Shown here: in pieces, positions 7,795 to 15,444 of the stretch
How the letters are laid out: each line of letters opens with the position of its first letter
Position numbering within the stretch: position 1 is the stretch's first letter
IMG/VR virus record: IMGVR_UViG_3300010259_000013
Span: 1-18,662 of that record
Source of the DNA: a virus
Taxonomy: Duplodnaviria > Heunggongvirae > Uroviricota > Caudoviricetes
Reading direction: 5' to 3' (one strand)
DNA length: 18,662 bases
The notes under the pieces: model-generated
Seen by the model: the letters and a program-made list of their open reading frames with translations, nothing else
Told to the model about the DNA's origin: nothing
Databases searched by the model: none
Program-made: the position numbers and the translations under genes

Positions 7795-8457
7795 ATGCTT
7801 TGGAAAATAATTTCTTTTTTATTAGTTGGTATTTGTATGTTTGCTTTCGGTTTATGGTTAGGCTCTATTCAGGCTGAATGGGCGAAACCAGAGCATAAAG
7901 ATGCTGTTGCTTATTTAGCAATGATCGGAGGATGGGTCTCAGGAATTGCAACGTCAGTCGCAGTAATTATTTCATTGTATGCGACATACCAAGCATCACA
8001 GAATAATGTTGAAAAATTAAGTTTAACCTATAAGCCTTACTCTAGCGTAGACAAAGAAAATTATTGTGCCAATATTGAGGTTGTAAATTTGCGGAGCGTT
8101 CCGGTACATATACAAGAGTTTTGCTTAGAATTTAGTGGGATAAATAATCATTTCAACATAAACGAACTAAAAGCAAATGGGAAGGAGATCCCGTATTCTT
8201 TATACCAAGTAGGAGAGAAATGGGAGTTTGCCTTCTATCCTTTTGCAAAGCCGGGAAATATGAGGTTCTATAAAAGCTTAAGTGAGAATGGTAATCCAAG
8301 TTTTCGTAGTGGTTTCTTTGTGGTTAAAACATCAATGAAACAATACAAATTAAGGATGCCTAATGAGCTTTTGGAAATTATGAAAATTAGCTATGAAAAG
8401 CAAATGGAAATACGGAAGAATTATAAGGAAATGCATGGTAAAGAGATGGGCTTTTAA
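7795..8457 (+). CDS. Membrane-anchored cargo protein 2 (two predicted N-terminal TM helices, ~150-aa soluble C-terminal domain), unknown function
   Basis: ATG at 7795 with GAGG eight nt upstream. Hydrophobic stretches IISFLLVGICMFAFGLWLG and AVAYLAMIGGWVSGIATSVAVIISLYA. AT-rich. Confidence 0.7.
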   Translation: MLWKIISFLLVGICMFAFGLWLGSIQAEWAKPEHKDAVAYLAMIGGWVSGIATSVAVIISLYATYQASQNNVEKLSLTYKPYSSVDKENYCANIEVVNLRSVPVHIQEFCLEFSGINNHFNINELKANGKEIPYSLYQVGEKWEFAFYPFAKPGNMRFYKSLSENGNPSFRSGFFVVKTSMKQYKLRMPNELLEIMKISYEKQMEIRKNYKEMHGKEMGF

Positions 8458-8580
8458 AACGCATTAACAAGCATCAAATTGCATGCGCATCCCTCCCCTG
8501 TTGTGTTTGAGCGCTGCCAGTGATGGTGTGCCTCTGGCGTGTTCGTGCAACTGCATTAAAACCGCCCCATGAAGCGGGCG

Positions 8581-8599
8581 GGCGAGGCGGGGAAAGCAT
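8581..8599. other. cos cohesive-end site (P2/186 type)
   Basis: GGCGAGGCGGGGAAAGCAT matches the 19-nt P2/186 cohesive end as I recall it (the P2 last base may be C). It sits in a GC-rich, backbone-like block upstream of the Q/P packaging genes. Confidence 0.7.
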
Positions 8600-8676
8600 T
8601 GCGCTGGACCTAGAGGCTTTGCTATCTTATTTGATGTTATTGGTATTTATTCAATTGAATGACCGTAGAGGATGAA

Positions 8677-9273
8677 ATGTGTCACATTGAAATTTTTCGG
8701 GAAGCACTAACAGTAAAGGATCCTATATATATATACAGGAAGTATCTTTTAGGGCATGACGTGTGGTATTTTAGAAATAAATTGGGAAAATTAAATTATG
8801 CAGAGGTTTATGATGATCTTAAGATACTTATGTCAGAAAGATTAGGTGTTCACATTAATAATGTTGCTATTGTTGGAAGTGCGAAGTTAGGATTTAGCAT
8901 AACACCCACAGAAGATAAAGCCTTTAGAGAGTTTAACGAAGATAGTGATATTGATATTGTTGTCGTATCCCCTGAGCTTTTTAGAAAGTCTTGGGATGCA
9001 TATCTTGATGTGGCAAAAAGACAAAGAATACCTTATTACTATAAAATCACAAGCAATATATTTAGAAAGTTTGTATCCTTAAAGAATATTGATTATAATA
9101 ATGAATTCTTTCGAGATTGGAAAAACAAAATAGAACCTTGTCAAAAAGATTTGCAGGTTATATATGAAGTACCGAACGAGATTAACTATAGAATATATGA
9201 GTCTTGGGAGGATGTGGAACGCTATCATGTTCAAGGCTTAGAAAAACTTAAAAACTTAATGGGGCAAATTTAA
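8677..9273 (+). CDS. Putative minimal nucleotidyltransferase (Pol-beta-superfamily-like) cargo protein
   Basis: ORF 8659-9273. The better start is ATG 8677 (AGAGGA upstream), giving 198 aa. Candidate NTase motif hhGS...DxD: VAIVGSAKLG (8875-8892) and DSDIDIVVV (8941-8958), with a longer-than-usual insert between. AT-rich. Stop is one nt before the next ATG. Confidence 0.55.
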   Translation: MCHIEIFREALTVKDPIYIYRKYLLGHDVWYFRNKLGKLNYAEVYDDLKILMSERLGVHINNVAIVGSAKLGFSITPTEDKAFREFNEDSDIDIVVVSPELFRKSWDAYLDVAKRQRIPYYYKITSNIFRKFVSLKNIDYNNEFFRDWKNKIEPCQKDLQVIYEVPNEINYRIYESWEDVERYHVQGLEKLKNLMGQI

Positions 9274-9274
9274 A

Positions 9275-10336
9275 ATGAGTATTGTGAGAAACGTTAAAGT
9301 TGAAAGCAGAGATATAAAGTGGGTATCTGATAATTTTAAGTCAGGCGAGTTGGTTATTGATAATTCATTTCAAAGGCGATATGTTTGGGTTAAAAAAGAT
9401 AAAGTATCGTTAATTGAATCAATACTCCTCGGTTATCCTATTCCTGAAGTTTATCTGTGGCAAAATAAGACCGATCCTGAAACAGGGCAGAGAATTCATT
9501 CTATTGTTGATGGGCAGCAACGATTAGGTGCGGTTTTTGATTTTGTAACAGATAAGTTTGCATTAGAAAAACGTTATCTAGAATATAAGGATTCTGATTT
9601 TTCTGGAAAAAAATTTTCTGAATTAGATACAGAACAAAAAGCTGTTATCTGGGGATATGATTTTTCAATTCGATTTATTAATAATGATATAACTATTGAT
9701 GACATTAAAAATTTATTTCTTCGTCTTAATAGAACTAATATAACTCTTAACCCTCAAGAGTTAAGGAATGCGGAATTTAATGGTGAGTTTATTAAATTGG
9801 CGAGCTCTTTGTCGGAACATCAATTTTGGACAGAGTTCAAGGTGTTCAACTCATCTGACTTGAGACGAATGCTTGATATCCAGTTTATTAGTACTATGTT
9901 AATATTTATTAGAATGGGTATTGCTGAAGAAACATCCCAGGCGGCTATTAACAAAGTTTATGATCAATATAATGAAACGTATCCAGAGGCTGAACAAGAT
10001 AAAGAGTTGTTCATGGATTTGCTAAATCTGCTTGCTAATATGATAAGGGGTAAGCAATCTCTTGAATATATTGCAAAAAGAAAAACACACCTCTATACAT
10101 TATTTACATTGTCTTTTTACTTATTTAAAACTGGTATTGATTCTGATAGTGGGTACCAAAATGTAGCTGTAAAATTGGATGAGTGGTTTAATAATTATAT
10201 AAATGAGGTGGATTTTGATGATGAGATGGTTAACGTTTTATTAAATGAATATCGTACGCTTTCCCAAGAAGGCGTGCAGAAAAAGCAAAATAGGCAACGG
10301 AGACTGGATATTTTGAAGGGTTATATAACCATGTAA
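9275..10336 (+). CDS. DUF262 / ParB-like (GmrS-like NTPase fold) protein lacking a recognisable DUF1524/HNH nuclease domain
   Basis: 353 aa. N-terminal FQRRYVW and the hallmark DGQQR motif (9508-9522) of the DUF262 family. No His-Me/HNH motif seen in the C-terminal ~150 aa. Translationally coupled to the upstream NTase-like gene. Confidence 0.75.
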   Translation: MSIVRNVKVESRDIKWVSDNFKSGELVIDNSFQRRYVWVKKDKVSLIESILLGYPIPEVYLWQNKTDPETGQRIHSIVDGQQRLGAVFDFVTDKFALEKRYLEYKDSDFSGKKFSELDTEQKAVIWGYDFSIRFINNDITIDDIKNLFLRLNRTNITLNPQELRNAEFNGEFIKLASSLSEHQFWTEFKVFNSSDLRRMLDIQFISTMLIFIRMGIAEETSQAAINKVYDQYNETYPEAEQDKELFMDLLNLLANMIRGKQSLEYIAKRKTHLYTLFTLSFYLFKTGIDSDSGYQNVAVKLDEWFNNYINEVDFDDEMVNVLLNEYRTLSQEGVQKKQNRQRRLDILKGYITM

Positions 10337-10340
10337 TTAT

Positions 10341-10367
10341 CCCCCCCCCCTAGTATTTAGGAGGGGG
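10341..10367. repeat. C10 homopolymer (10341-10350) facing a GGAGGGGG run (10360-10367); potential C/G stem-loop just 3' of the DUF262 gene
   Basis: Seen in sequence, four bp after the DUF262 stop. Could form a GC stem with an A/T-rich loop. No T-tract follows. Confidence 0.5.
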
Positions 10368-10445
10368 CATGGCTTATTGGCTAAAGTTTTTCAGGTTTAT
10401 TTATTGAACTTGAGAATATACTTATAATTAAACAAGAGGATTATG

Positions 10446-10469
10446 AATAAAAAGCCGCCCGCAGGCGGC
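10446..10469 (-). terminator. Intrinsic terminator for the leftward Q-P late operon
   Basis: On the minus strand: stem GCCGCC-tgcg-GGCGGC (plus 10454-10469) followed by TTTTTATT (plus 10446-10453), five bp after the Q stop. Confidence 0.7.
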
Positions 10470-10474
10470 GATGT

Positions 10475-11509
10475 TCAGCCGTTGTCAGTGTCCAGTGAGT
10501 AGTTTTTAAATCGGATGACCTCCTGACCGAGCCAGCCGTTTATCTCGCGGATCCTGTCCTGTAACGGGATAAGCTCATTGCGGACAAAGACCTTTGCCAC
10601 TTTCTCAATATCACCCAGCGACCCGACGTTCTCCGGCTTGCCACCCATCAACTGAAAGGGGATGCGGTGTGCGTCCAGCAGGTCAGCGGCGCTGGCTTTT
10701 TTGATATTAAAAAAATCGTCCTTCGTTGCCACTTCACTGAGGGGGATAATTTTAATGCCGTCGGCTTTCCCCTGCGGGGCATAGAGAAACAGATTTTTAA
10801 AGTTATTGCGGCCTTTCGACTTAACCATGTTTTCGCGGAGCATTTCGATATCGTTGCGATCCTGCACGGCATCAGTGACGTACATGATATATCCGGCATG
10901 CGCGCCGTTTTCGTAATACTTGCGGCGGAACAGCGTGGCTGATTCATTCAGCCAGGCAGAGTTAAGGGCGCTGAGATATTCCGGCAGACCGTACAGCTCC
11001 TGATTAATATCCGGCTCCAGCAGGTGAAACACGGAGCCGGGCGCGAAAGGTGTCGGCTCGTTGAAGGACGGCACCCACCAGTAAACATCCTCCTCCACGC
11101 CACGGCGGGTATATTTTGCCGGTGAGGTTTCCAGTCTGATGACCTTACCGGTGGTGCTGTAACGCTTTTCCAGAAACGCATTACCGAATACCAGAAAATC
11201 CAGCACAAAGCGGCTGAAATCCTGCTGAGAAAGCCACGGGTGTGGGATAAACGTTGAGGCCAGAATATTACGTTTGACGTAAATCGGTGAGCTGTGATGC
11301 ACGGCAGCACGCAGGCTTTTTGCCAGACCGGTAAAGCTGACCGGTGGCTCATACCATCTGCCGTTACTGATGCACTCGACGTAATCCAGAATGTCACGGC
11401 GGTCGAGTACCGGCACCGGCTCACCAAAGGTGAATGCCTCCATTTTCGGGGCGCTGGCGGTCATTTTTTTTGCCGCAGGTTGCGGTGTTTTCCCTTTTTT
11501 CTTGCTCAT
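10475..11509 (-). CDS. Q: Portal protein (P2 Q-like)
   Basis: 344-aa ORF, same length as P2 Q. Its ATG overlaps the P stop (ATGA). Synteny Q-P divergent from O-N-M-L. Confidence 0.92.
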   Translation of the reverse strand: MSKKKGKTPQPAAKKMTASAPKMEAFTFGEPVPVLDRRDILDYVECISNGRWYEPPVSFTGLAKSLRAAVHHSSPIYVKRNILASTFIPHPWLSQQDFSRFVLDFLVFGNAFLEKRYSTTGKVIRLETSPAKYTRRGVEEDVYWWVPSFNEPTPFAPGSVFHLLEPDINQELYGLPEYLSALNSAWLNESATLFRRKYYENGAHAGYIMYVTDAVQDRNDIEMLRENMVKSKGRNNFKNLFLYAPQGKADGIKIIPLSEVATKDDFFNIKKASAADLLDAHRIPFQLMGGKPENVGSLGDIEKVAKVFVRNELIPLQDRIREINGWLGQEVIRFKNYSLDTDNG

Positions 11510-13281
11510 CAGTAAAACTCCAGAATGGTGGATGTCAGCGGGGTGCTGATACCGGCGGTGAGTGGCTCATTTAACAGGGCGTGCATGGTCGCCCAGGCGA
11601 GGTCGGCGTGGCTGGCTTCCTCGCTACGGCTGGCCTCATAGGTGGCGCTGCGTCCGCTGCTGGTCATGGTCTTGCGGATAGCCATAAACGAGCTGGTGAT
11701 GTCGGTGGCGCTGACGTCATATTCCAGACAGCCACGGCGGATGACGTCTTTTGCCTTGAGCACCATTGCGGTTTTCATTTCCGGCGTGTAGCGGATATCG
11801 CGCGCGGCGGGATAGAACGAGCGCACGAGCTGGAACACGCCGACACCGAGGCCGGTGGCATCAATTCCGATGTATTCGACGTTGTATTTTTCGGTGAGTT
11901 TGCGGATGGATTCCGCCTGAGTGGCAAAGTCCATGCCTTTCCACTGGTGACGCTCAAGTATTCTGAATTTACCTCCGGCCACCACCGGCGGTGCCAGCAC
12001 CACGCATCCGGCGCTGTCGCCACGGTGTGACGGGTCGTAACCAATCCATACCGGGCGGGAGCCGAACGGATTGGCGGCAAACGGCGCATAGTCTTCCCAT
12101 TCTTCCAGCGTGTCGACCATGCAGCGTTGCAGCTCCTCGAACGGGAACACCGACGCCTTGTCGTCAACAAATTCACACATGAACAGGTTTTTAAAATCGT
12201 CGGCGCTGTTTTCACGTTTGAGCTGCTCAATGTCGAACAGCGTGCAGCCACCTTTCAGGGCGTCCTCAATGGTGACAATCTGCCGCCACTGGCCGTCCGC
12301 ACAGAGAAGCCCCCCGGCAAGGGCGTTATGACTGACGTCGATTTCCACGCGTTCGGCGGCGCTGGCGCGTCCCCGGTTGAACAGTTCACCCGACCAGAAT
12401 GGGTAGGCGTCGTGCGCCAGCGTGGACGGGGTGGAGAAATAGGTCGAGCGCAGGTGGCTCTGTGAGGCCATACCTGATGCCACCTTACGCAGTACCTGAA
12501 AATTCGGGATCCAGAAAATCTCGTCGACGTACAGGTCGCCGTTATGGCTCTGTGCGGTGTTGGAGTTGGTGCCGAGAAAAATCAGTTTTGCGCCGTTATT
12601 GCCCAGGACAATCGGGTCACCGGTCAGGTCAACGTCAACCAGCCGGGCAAAGGCGATGATGTATTCGCGGAACACATACGCCTGCGTTTTACTGGCCGAC
12701 AGAAAAATCTGGTTATGACCGGTTTTCAGGGCGCGCAGCAGCGCCTCGCGGGAAAAATAAAACGTCGCGCCAATCTGGCGGGATTTCAGGATATCGCGGA
12801 TGCGGTGCTCAAGCCCGGCGCGATACCAGTGCAACTGATAGTCGAAAGACTGCTCAAAGAAAATCTGCTCCAGCTTTTCGATGGCCTCGTCACTGAAAAA
12901 ATTCTTTTTCGGTTTGCGCCGCCCGCCTTTGTTGCGGTTAGCGACGTTCGGATTAAGGTCTGCCTCGTTGCCGGTCTGGCTGTAGCGGTTGACCCGTGCC
13001 AGTCGTTCAATCTGGCGTCCCAGCAGGTCAATTTCCTTGAAGTCACTGCCGGTTTTCTGCGGTTTGATGATGAGCTGGGTCAGCCGCGCTTCCAGGCTCA
13101 TTTCCACACGGCTGATGGGGGCAACACTGTCCCAGCCGTCGCGCTGTTTCCAGCTCTGCACCGTCGGGCGTTTCATCTGCAACATGGCGGCAATCTGCGG
13201 CACGGAAAACCCCTGCCAGTACAGCAGCGCCGCCTGACGACGCGGGTCGTGTAAAAGAGTGGTGTCTGTGGTGATGGTCAT
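11509..13281 (-). CDS. P: Terminase large (ATPase) subunit (P2 P-like)
   Basis: The ORF-track start at 13311 is TTG. The first ATG is 13281 (MTITTDTTLL...), giving 590 aa, matching P2 P. Confidence 0.92.
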   Translation of the reverse strand: MTITTDTTLLHDPRRQAALLYWQGFSVPQIAAMLQMKRPTVQSWKQRDGWDSVAPISRVEMSLEARLTQLIIKPQKTGSDFKEIDLLGRQIERLARVNRYSQTGNEADLNPNVANRNKGGRRKPKKNFFSDEAIEKLEQIFFEQSFDYQLHWYRAGLEHRIRDILKSRQIGATFYFSREALLRALKTGHNQIFLSASKTQAYVFREYIIAFARLVDVDLTGDPIVLGNNGAKLIFLGTNSNTAQSHNGDLYVDEIFWIPNFQVLRKVASGMASQSHLRSTYFSTPSTLAHDAYPFWSGELFNRGRASAAERVEIDVSHNALAGGLLCADGQWRQIVTIEDALKGGCTLFDIEQLKRENSADDFKNLFMCEFVDDKASVFPFEELQRCMVDTLEEWEDYAPFAANPFGSRPVWIGYDPSHRGDSAGCVVLAPPVVAGGKFRILERHQWKGMDFATQAESIRKLTEKYNVEYIGIDATGLGVGVFQLVRSFYPAARDIRYTPEMKTAMVLKAKDVIRRGCLEYDVSATDITSSFMAIRKTMTSSGRSATYEASRSEEASHADLAWATMHALLNEPLTAGISTPLTSTILEFY

Positions 13282-13454
13282 GAATACCTCGCCGTGATGA
13301 ATACACGGCAAGGCTACTGAGTCGCGCCCCGCGATTCGCTAAGGTGCTGTTGTGTCAGTGATAAGCCATCCGGGACTGATGGCGGAGGATGCGCATCGTC
13401 GGGAAACTGATGCCGACATGTGACTCCTCTAATCACTATTCAGGACTCCTGACA
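13282..13454. promoter_or_regulatory. Divergent late-promoter region (PP leftward, PO rightward), presumably Ogr-activated
   Basis: 173-bp intergenic region between divergent P and O. One partial Ogr-like TGT-N12-CCA element at 13351-13368. Hexamers could not be assigned confidently. Confidence 0.45.
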
Positions 13455-14309
13455 ATGGCAAAAAAAGTCTCAAAATTCTTTCGTATCGGCGTTGAGGGTG
13501 ACACCTGTGACGGGCGTGTCATCAGTGCGCAGGATATTCAGGAAATGGCCGAAACCTTTGACCCGCGAGTCTATGGTTGCCGCATTAACCTGGAACATCT
13601 ACGCGGCATTTTGCCTGACGGTATTTTTAAGCGTTATGGCGATGTGGCCGAACTGAAGGCCGAAAAGATTGACGATGATTCGGCGCTGAAAGGCAAATGG
13701 GCGCTGTTTGCGAAAATCACCCCGACCGATGACCTTATCGCGATGAACAAGGCCGCGCAGAAGGTCTACACCTCAATGGAAATTCAGCCGAACTTTGCCA
13801 ATACCGGCAAATGTTATCTGGTGGGGCTGGCCGTCACCGATGACCCGGCAAGCCTCGGCACGGAATACCTGGAATTCTGCCGCACGGCAAAACACAACCC
13901 CCTGAACCGCTTCAAATTAAGCCCTGAAAACCTGATTTCAGTGGCAACGCCTGTTGAGCTGGAATTTGAAGACCTGCCTGAAACCGTGTTCACCGCCCTG
14001 ACCGAAAAGGTGAAATCCATTTTTGGCCGCAAACAGGCCAGCGATGACGCCCGTCTGAATGATGTGCATGAAGCGGTGACCGCTGTTGCTGAACATGTGC
14101 AGGAAAAACTGAGCGCCACTGAGCAGCGCCTCGCTGAGATGGAAACCGCCTTTTCCGCACTTAAGCAGGATGTGACTGACAGGGCGGATGAAACCAGCCA
14201 GGCATTCACCCGCCTGAAAAACAGTCTTGACCACACCGAAAGTCTGACCCAGCAGCGCCGCAGCAAGGCCACCGGTGGTGGCGGTGACGCCCTGATGACG
14301 AACTGCTGA
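13455..14309 (+). CDS. O: Capsid scaffolding protein (P2 O-like)
   Basis: ORF 13389-14309. ATG at 13455 (MAKKVSKFF...) gives 284 aa, matching P2 O. Confidence 0.9.
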   Translation: MAKKVSKFFRIGVEGDTCDGRVISAQDIQEMAETFDPRVYGCRINLEHLRGILPDGIFKRYGDVAELKAEKIDDDSALKGKWALFAKITPTDDLIAMNKAAQKVYTSMEIQPNFANTGKCYLVGLAVTDDPASLGTEYLEFCRTAKHNPLNRFKLSPENLISVATPVELEFEDLPETVFTALTEKVKSIFGRKQASDDARLNDVHEAVTAVAEHVQEKLSATEQRLAEMETAFSALKQDVTDRADETSQAFTRLKNSLDHTESLTQQRRSKATGGGGDALMTNC

Positions 14310-14367
14310 CCGGCGTCAGTCAGTCCGGGAAAACCTTCACGATTAACCCTTAATTTCAGGAAAAACT

Positions 14368-15441
14368 ATGCGCCAGGAAACCCGCTTTAAATTTAATGCC
14401 TACCTGTCCCGTGTTGCCGAACTGAACGGCATCGACGCCGGTGATGTGTCGAAAAAATTCACCGTTGAACCGTCGGTCACCCAGACCCTGATGAACACCA
14501 TGCAGGAGTCCTCTGACTTTCTGACCCGCATCAACATTGTGCCGGTCAGCGAAATGAAAGGGGAAAAAATTGGCATCGGTGTCACCGGCTCCATTGCCAG
14601 CACCACCGACACCGCCGGTGGCACCGAGCGTCAGCCGAAGGACTTCTCGAAGCTGGCGTCAAACAAGTACGAATGCGACCAGATTAACTTCGATTTTTAT
14701 ATCCGCTACAAAACGCTTGACCTGTGGGCGCGTTATCAGGATTTCCAGCTCCGTGTCCGTAACGCCATTATCAAACGCCAGTCCCTTGATTTCATCATGG
14801 CCGGTTTTAACGGCGTGAAGCGTGCCGAAACCTCTGACCGCAGCAGCAATCCGATGCTGCAGGATGTGGCGGTCGGCTGGCTGCAGAAATACCGCAATGA
14901 AGCCCCGGCGCGCGTGATGAGTAAGGTCACTGACGAGGAAGGCCGCACCACCTCTGAGGTTATCCGCGTGGGTAAGGGCGGTGATTATGCCAGCCTTGAT
15001 GCACTGGTGATGGATGCGACCAACAACCTGATTGAGCCGTGGTATCAGGAAGACCCTGACCTTGTGGTGATTGTGGGGCGTCAGTTACTGGCGGACAAGT
15101 ATTTCCCCATCGTTAACAAGGAGCAGGACAACAGCGAAATGCTGGCCGCTGACGTCATCATCAGCCAGAAACGCATCGGTAACCTGCCGGCGGTACGCGT
15201 CCCGTACTTCCCGGCGGATGCGATGCTCATCACGAAGCTGGAAAACCTGTCCATCTACTACATGGATGACAGCCATCGCCGAGTGATTGTGGAAAACCCG
15301 AAACTCGACCGCGTGGAGAACTACGAGTCAATGAACATTGATTACGTGGTGGAAGACTACGCCGCCGGTTGTCTGGTGGAAAAAATTAAGGTCGGTGATT
15401 TCTCCACACCGGCTAAAGCGACCGCAGAGCCGGGAGCGTAA
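14368..15441 (+). CDS. N: Major capsid protein (P2 N-like)
   Basis: 357-aa ORF, same length as P2 N. Synteny O-N-M-L. Confidence 0.92.
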   Translation: MRQETRFKFNAYLSRVAELNGIDAGDVSKKFTVEPSVTQTLMNTMQESSDFLTRINIVPVSEMKGEKIGIGVTGSIASTTDTAGGTERQPKDFSKLASNKYECDQINFDFYIRYKTLDLWARYQDFQLRVRNAIIKRQSLDFIMAGFNGVKRAETSDRSSNPMLQDVAVGWLQKYRNEAPARVMSKVTDEEGRTTSEVIRVGKGGDYASLDALVMDATNNLIEPWYQEDPDLVVIVGRQLLADKYFPIVNKEQDNSEMLAADVIISQKRIGNLPAVRVPYFPADAMLITKLENLSIYYMDDSHRRVIVENPKLDRVENYESMNIDYVVEDYAAGCLVEKIKVGDFSTPAKATAEPGA

Positions 15442-15444
15442 CCG

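Noticed and set aside
8659-9273. Calling the first cargo gene a CBASS CD-NTase or AbiEii
   Set aside because: At ~200 aa it is too short for typical CD-NTases or AbiEii, and no cyclic-nucleotide effector or AbiEi-like partner is present. Kept as a generic minimal NTase-like protein.
10369-10502. Two micro-ORFs in the DUF262-Q intergenic region (12 aa MAYWLKFFRFIY at 10369-10407; 19 aa at 10443-10502)
   Set aside because: Very short; the second overlaps the Q terminator hairpin. The nearby TTGAAC and TATAAT hexamers are only 13 bp apart, so they do not form a convincing promoter.
10648-13306. Many overlapping ORFs on both strands within Q and P (for example 10648-10947, 10948-11427, 11581-12030, 12544-13254)
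   Set aside because: They are embedded in the portal and large-terminase genes, whose lengths match P2 exactly. Arg/Ala/Cys-rich composition is typical of out-of-frame GC-rich DNA.
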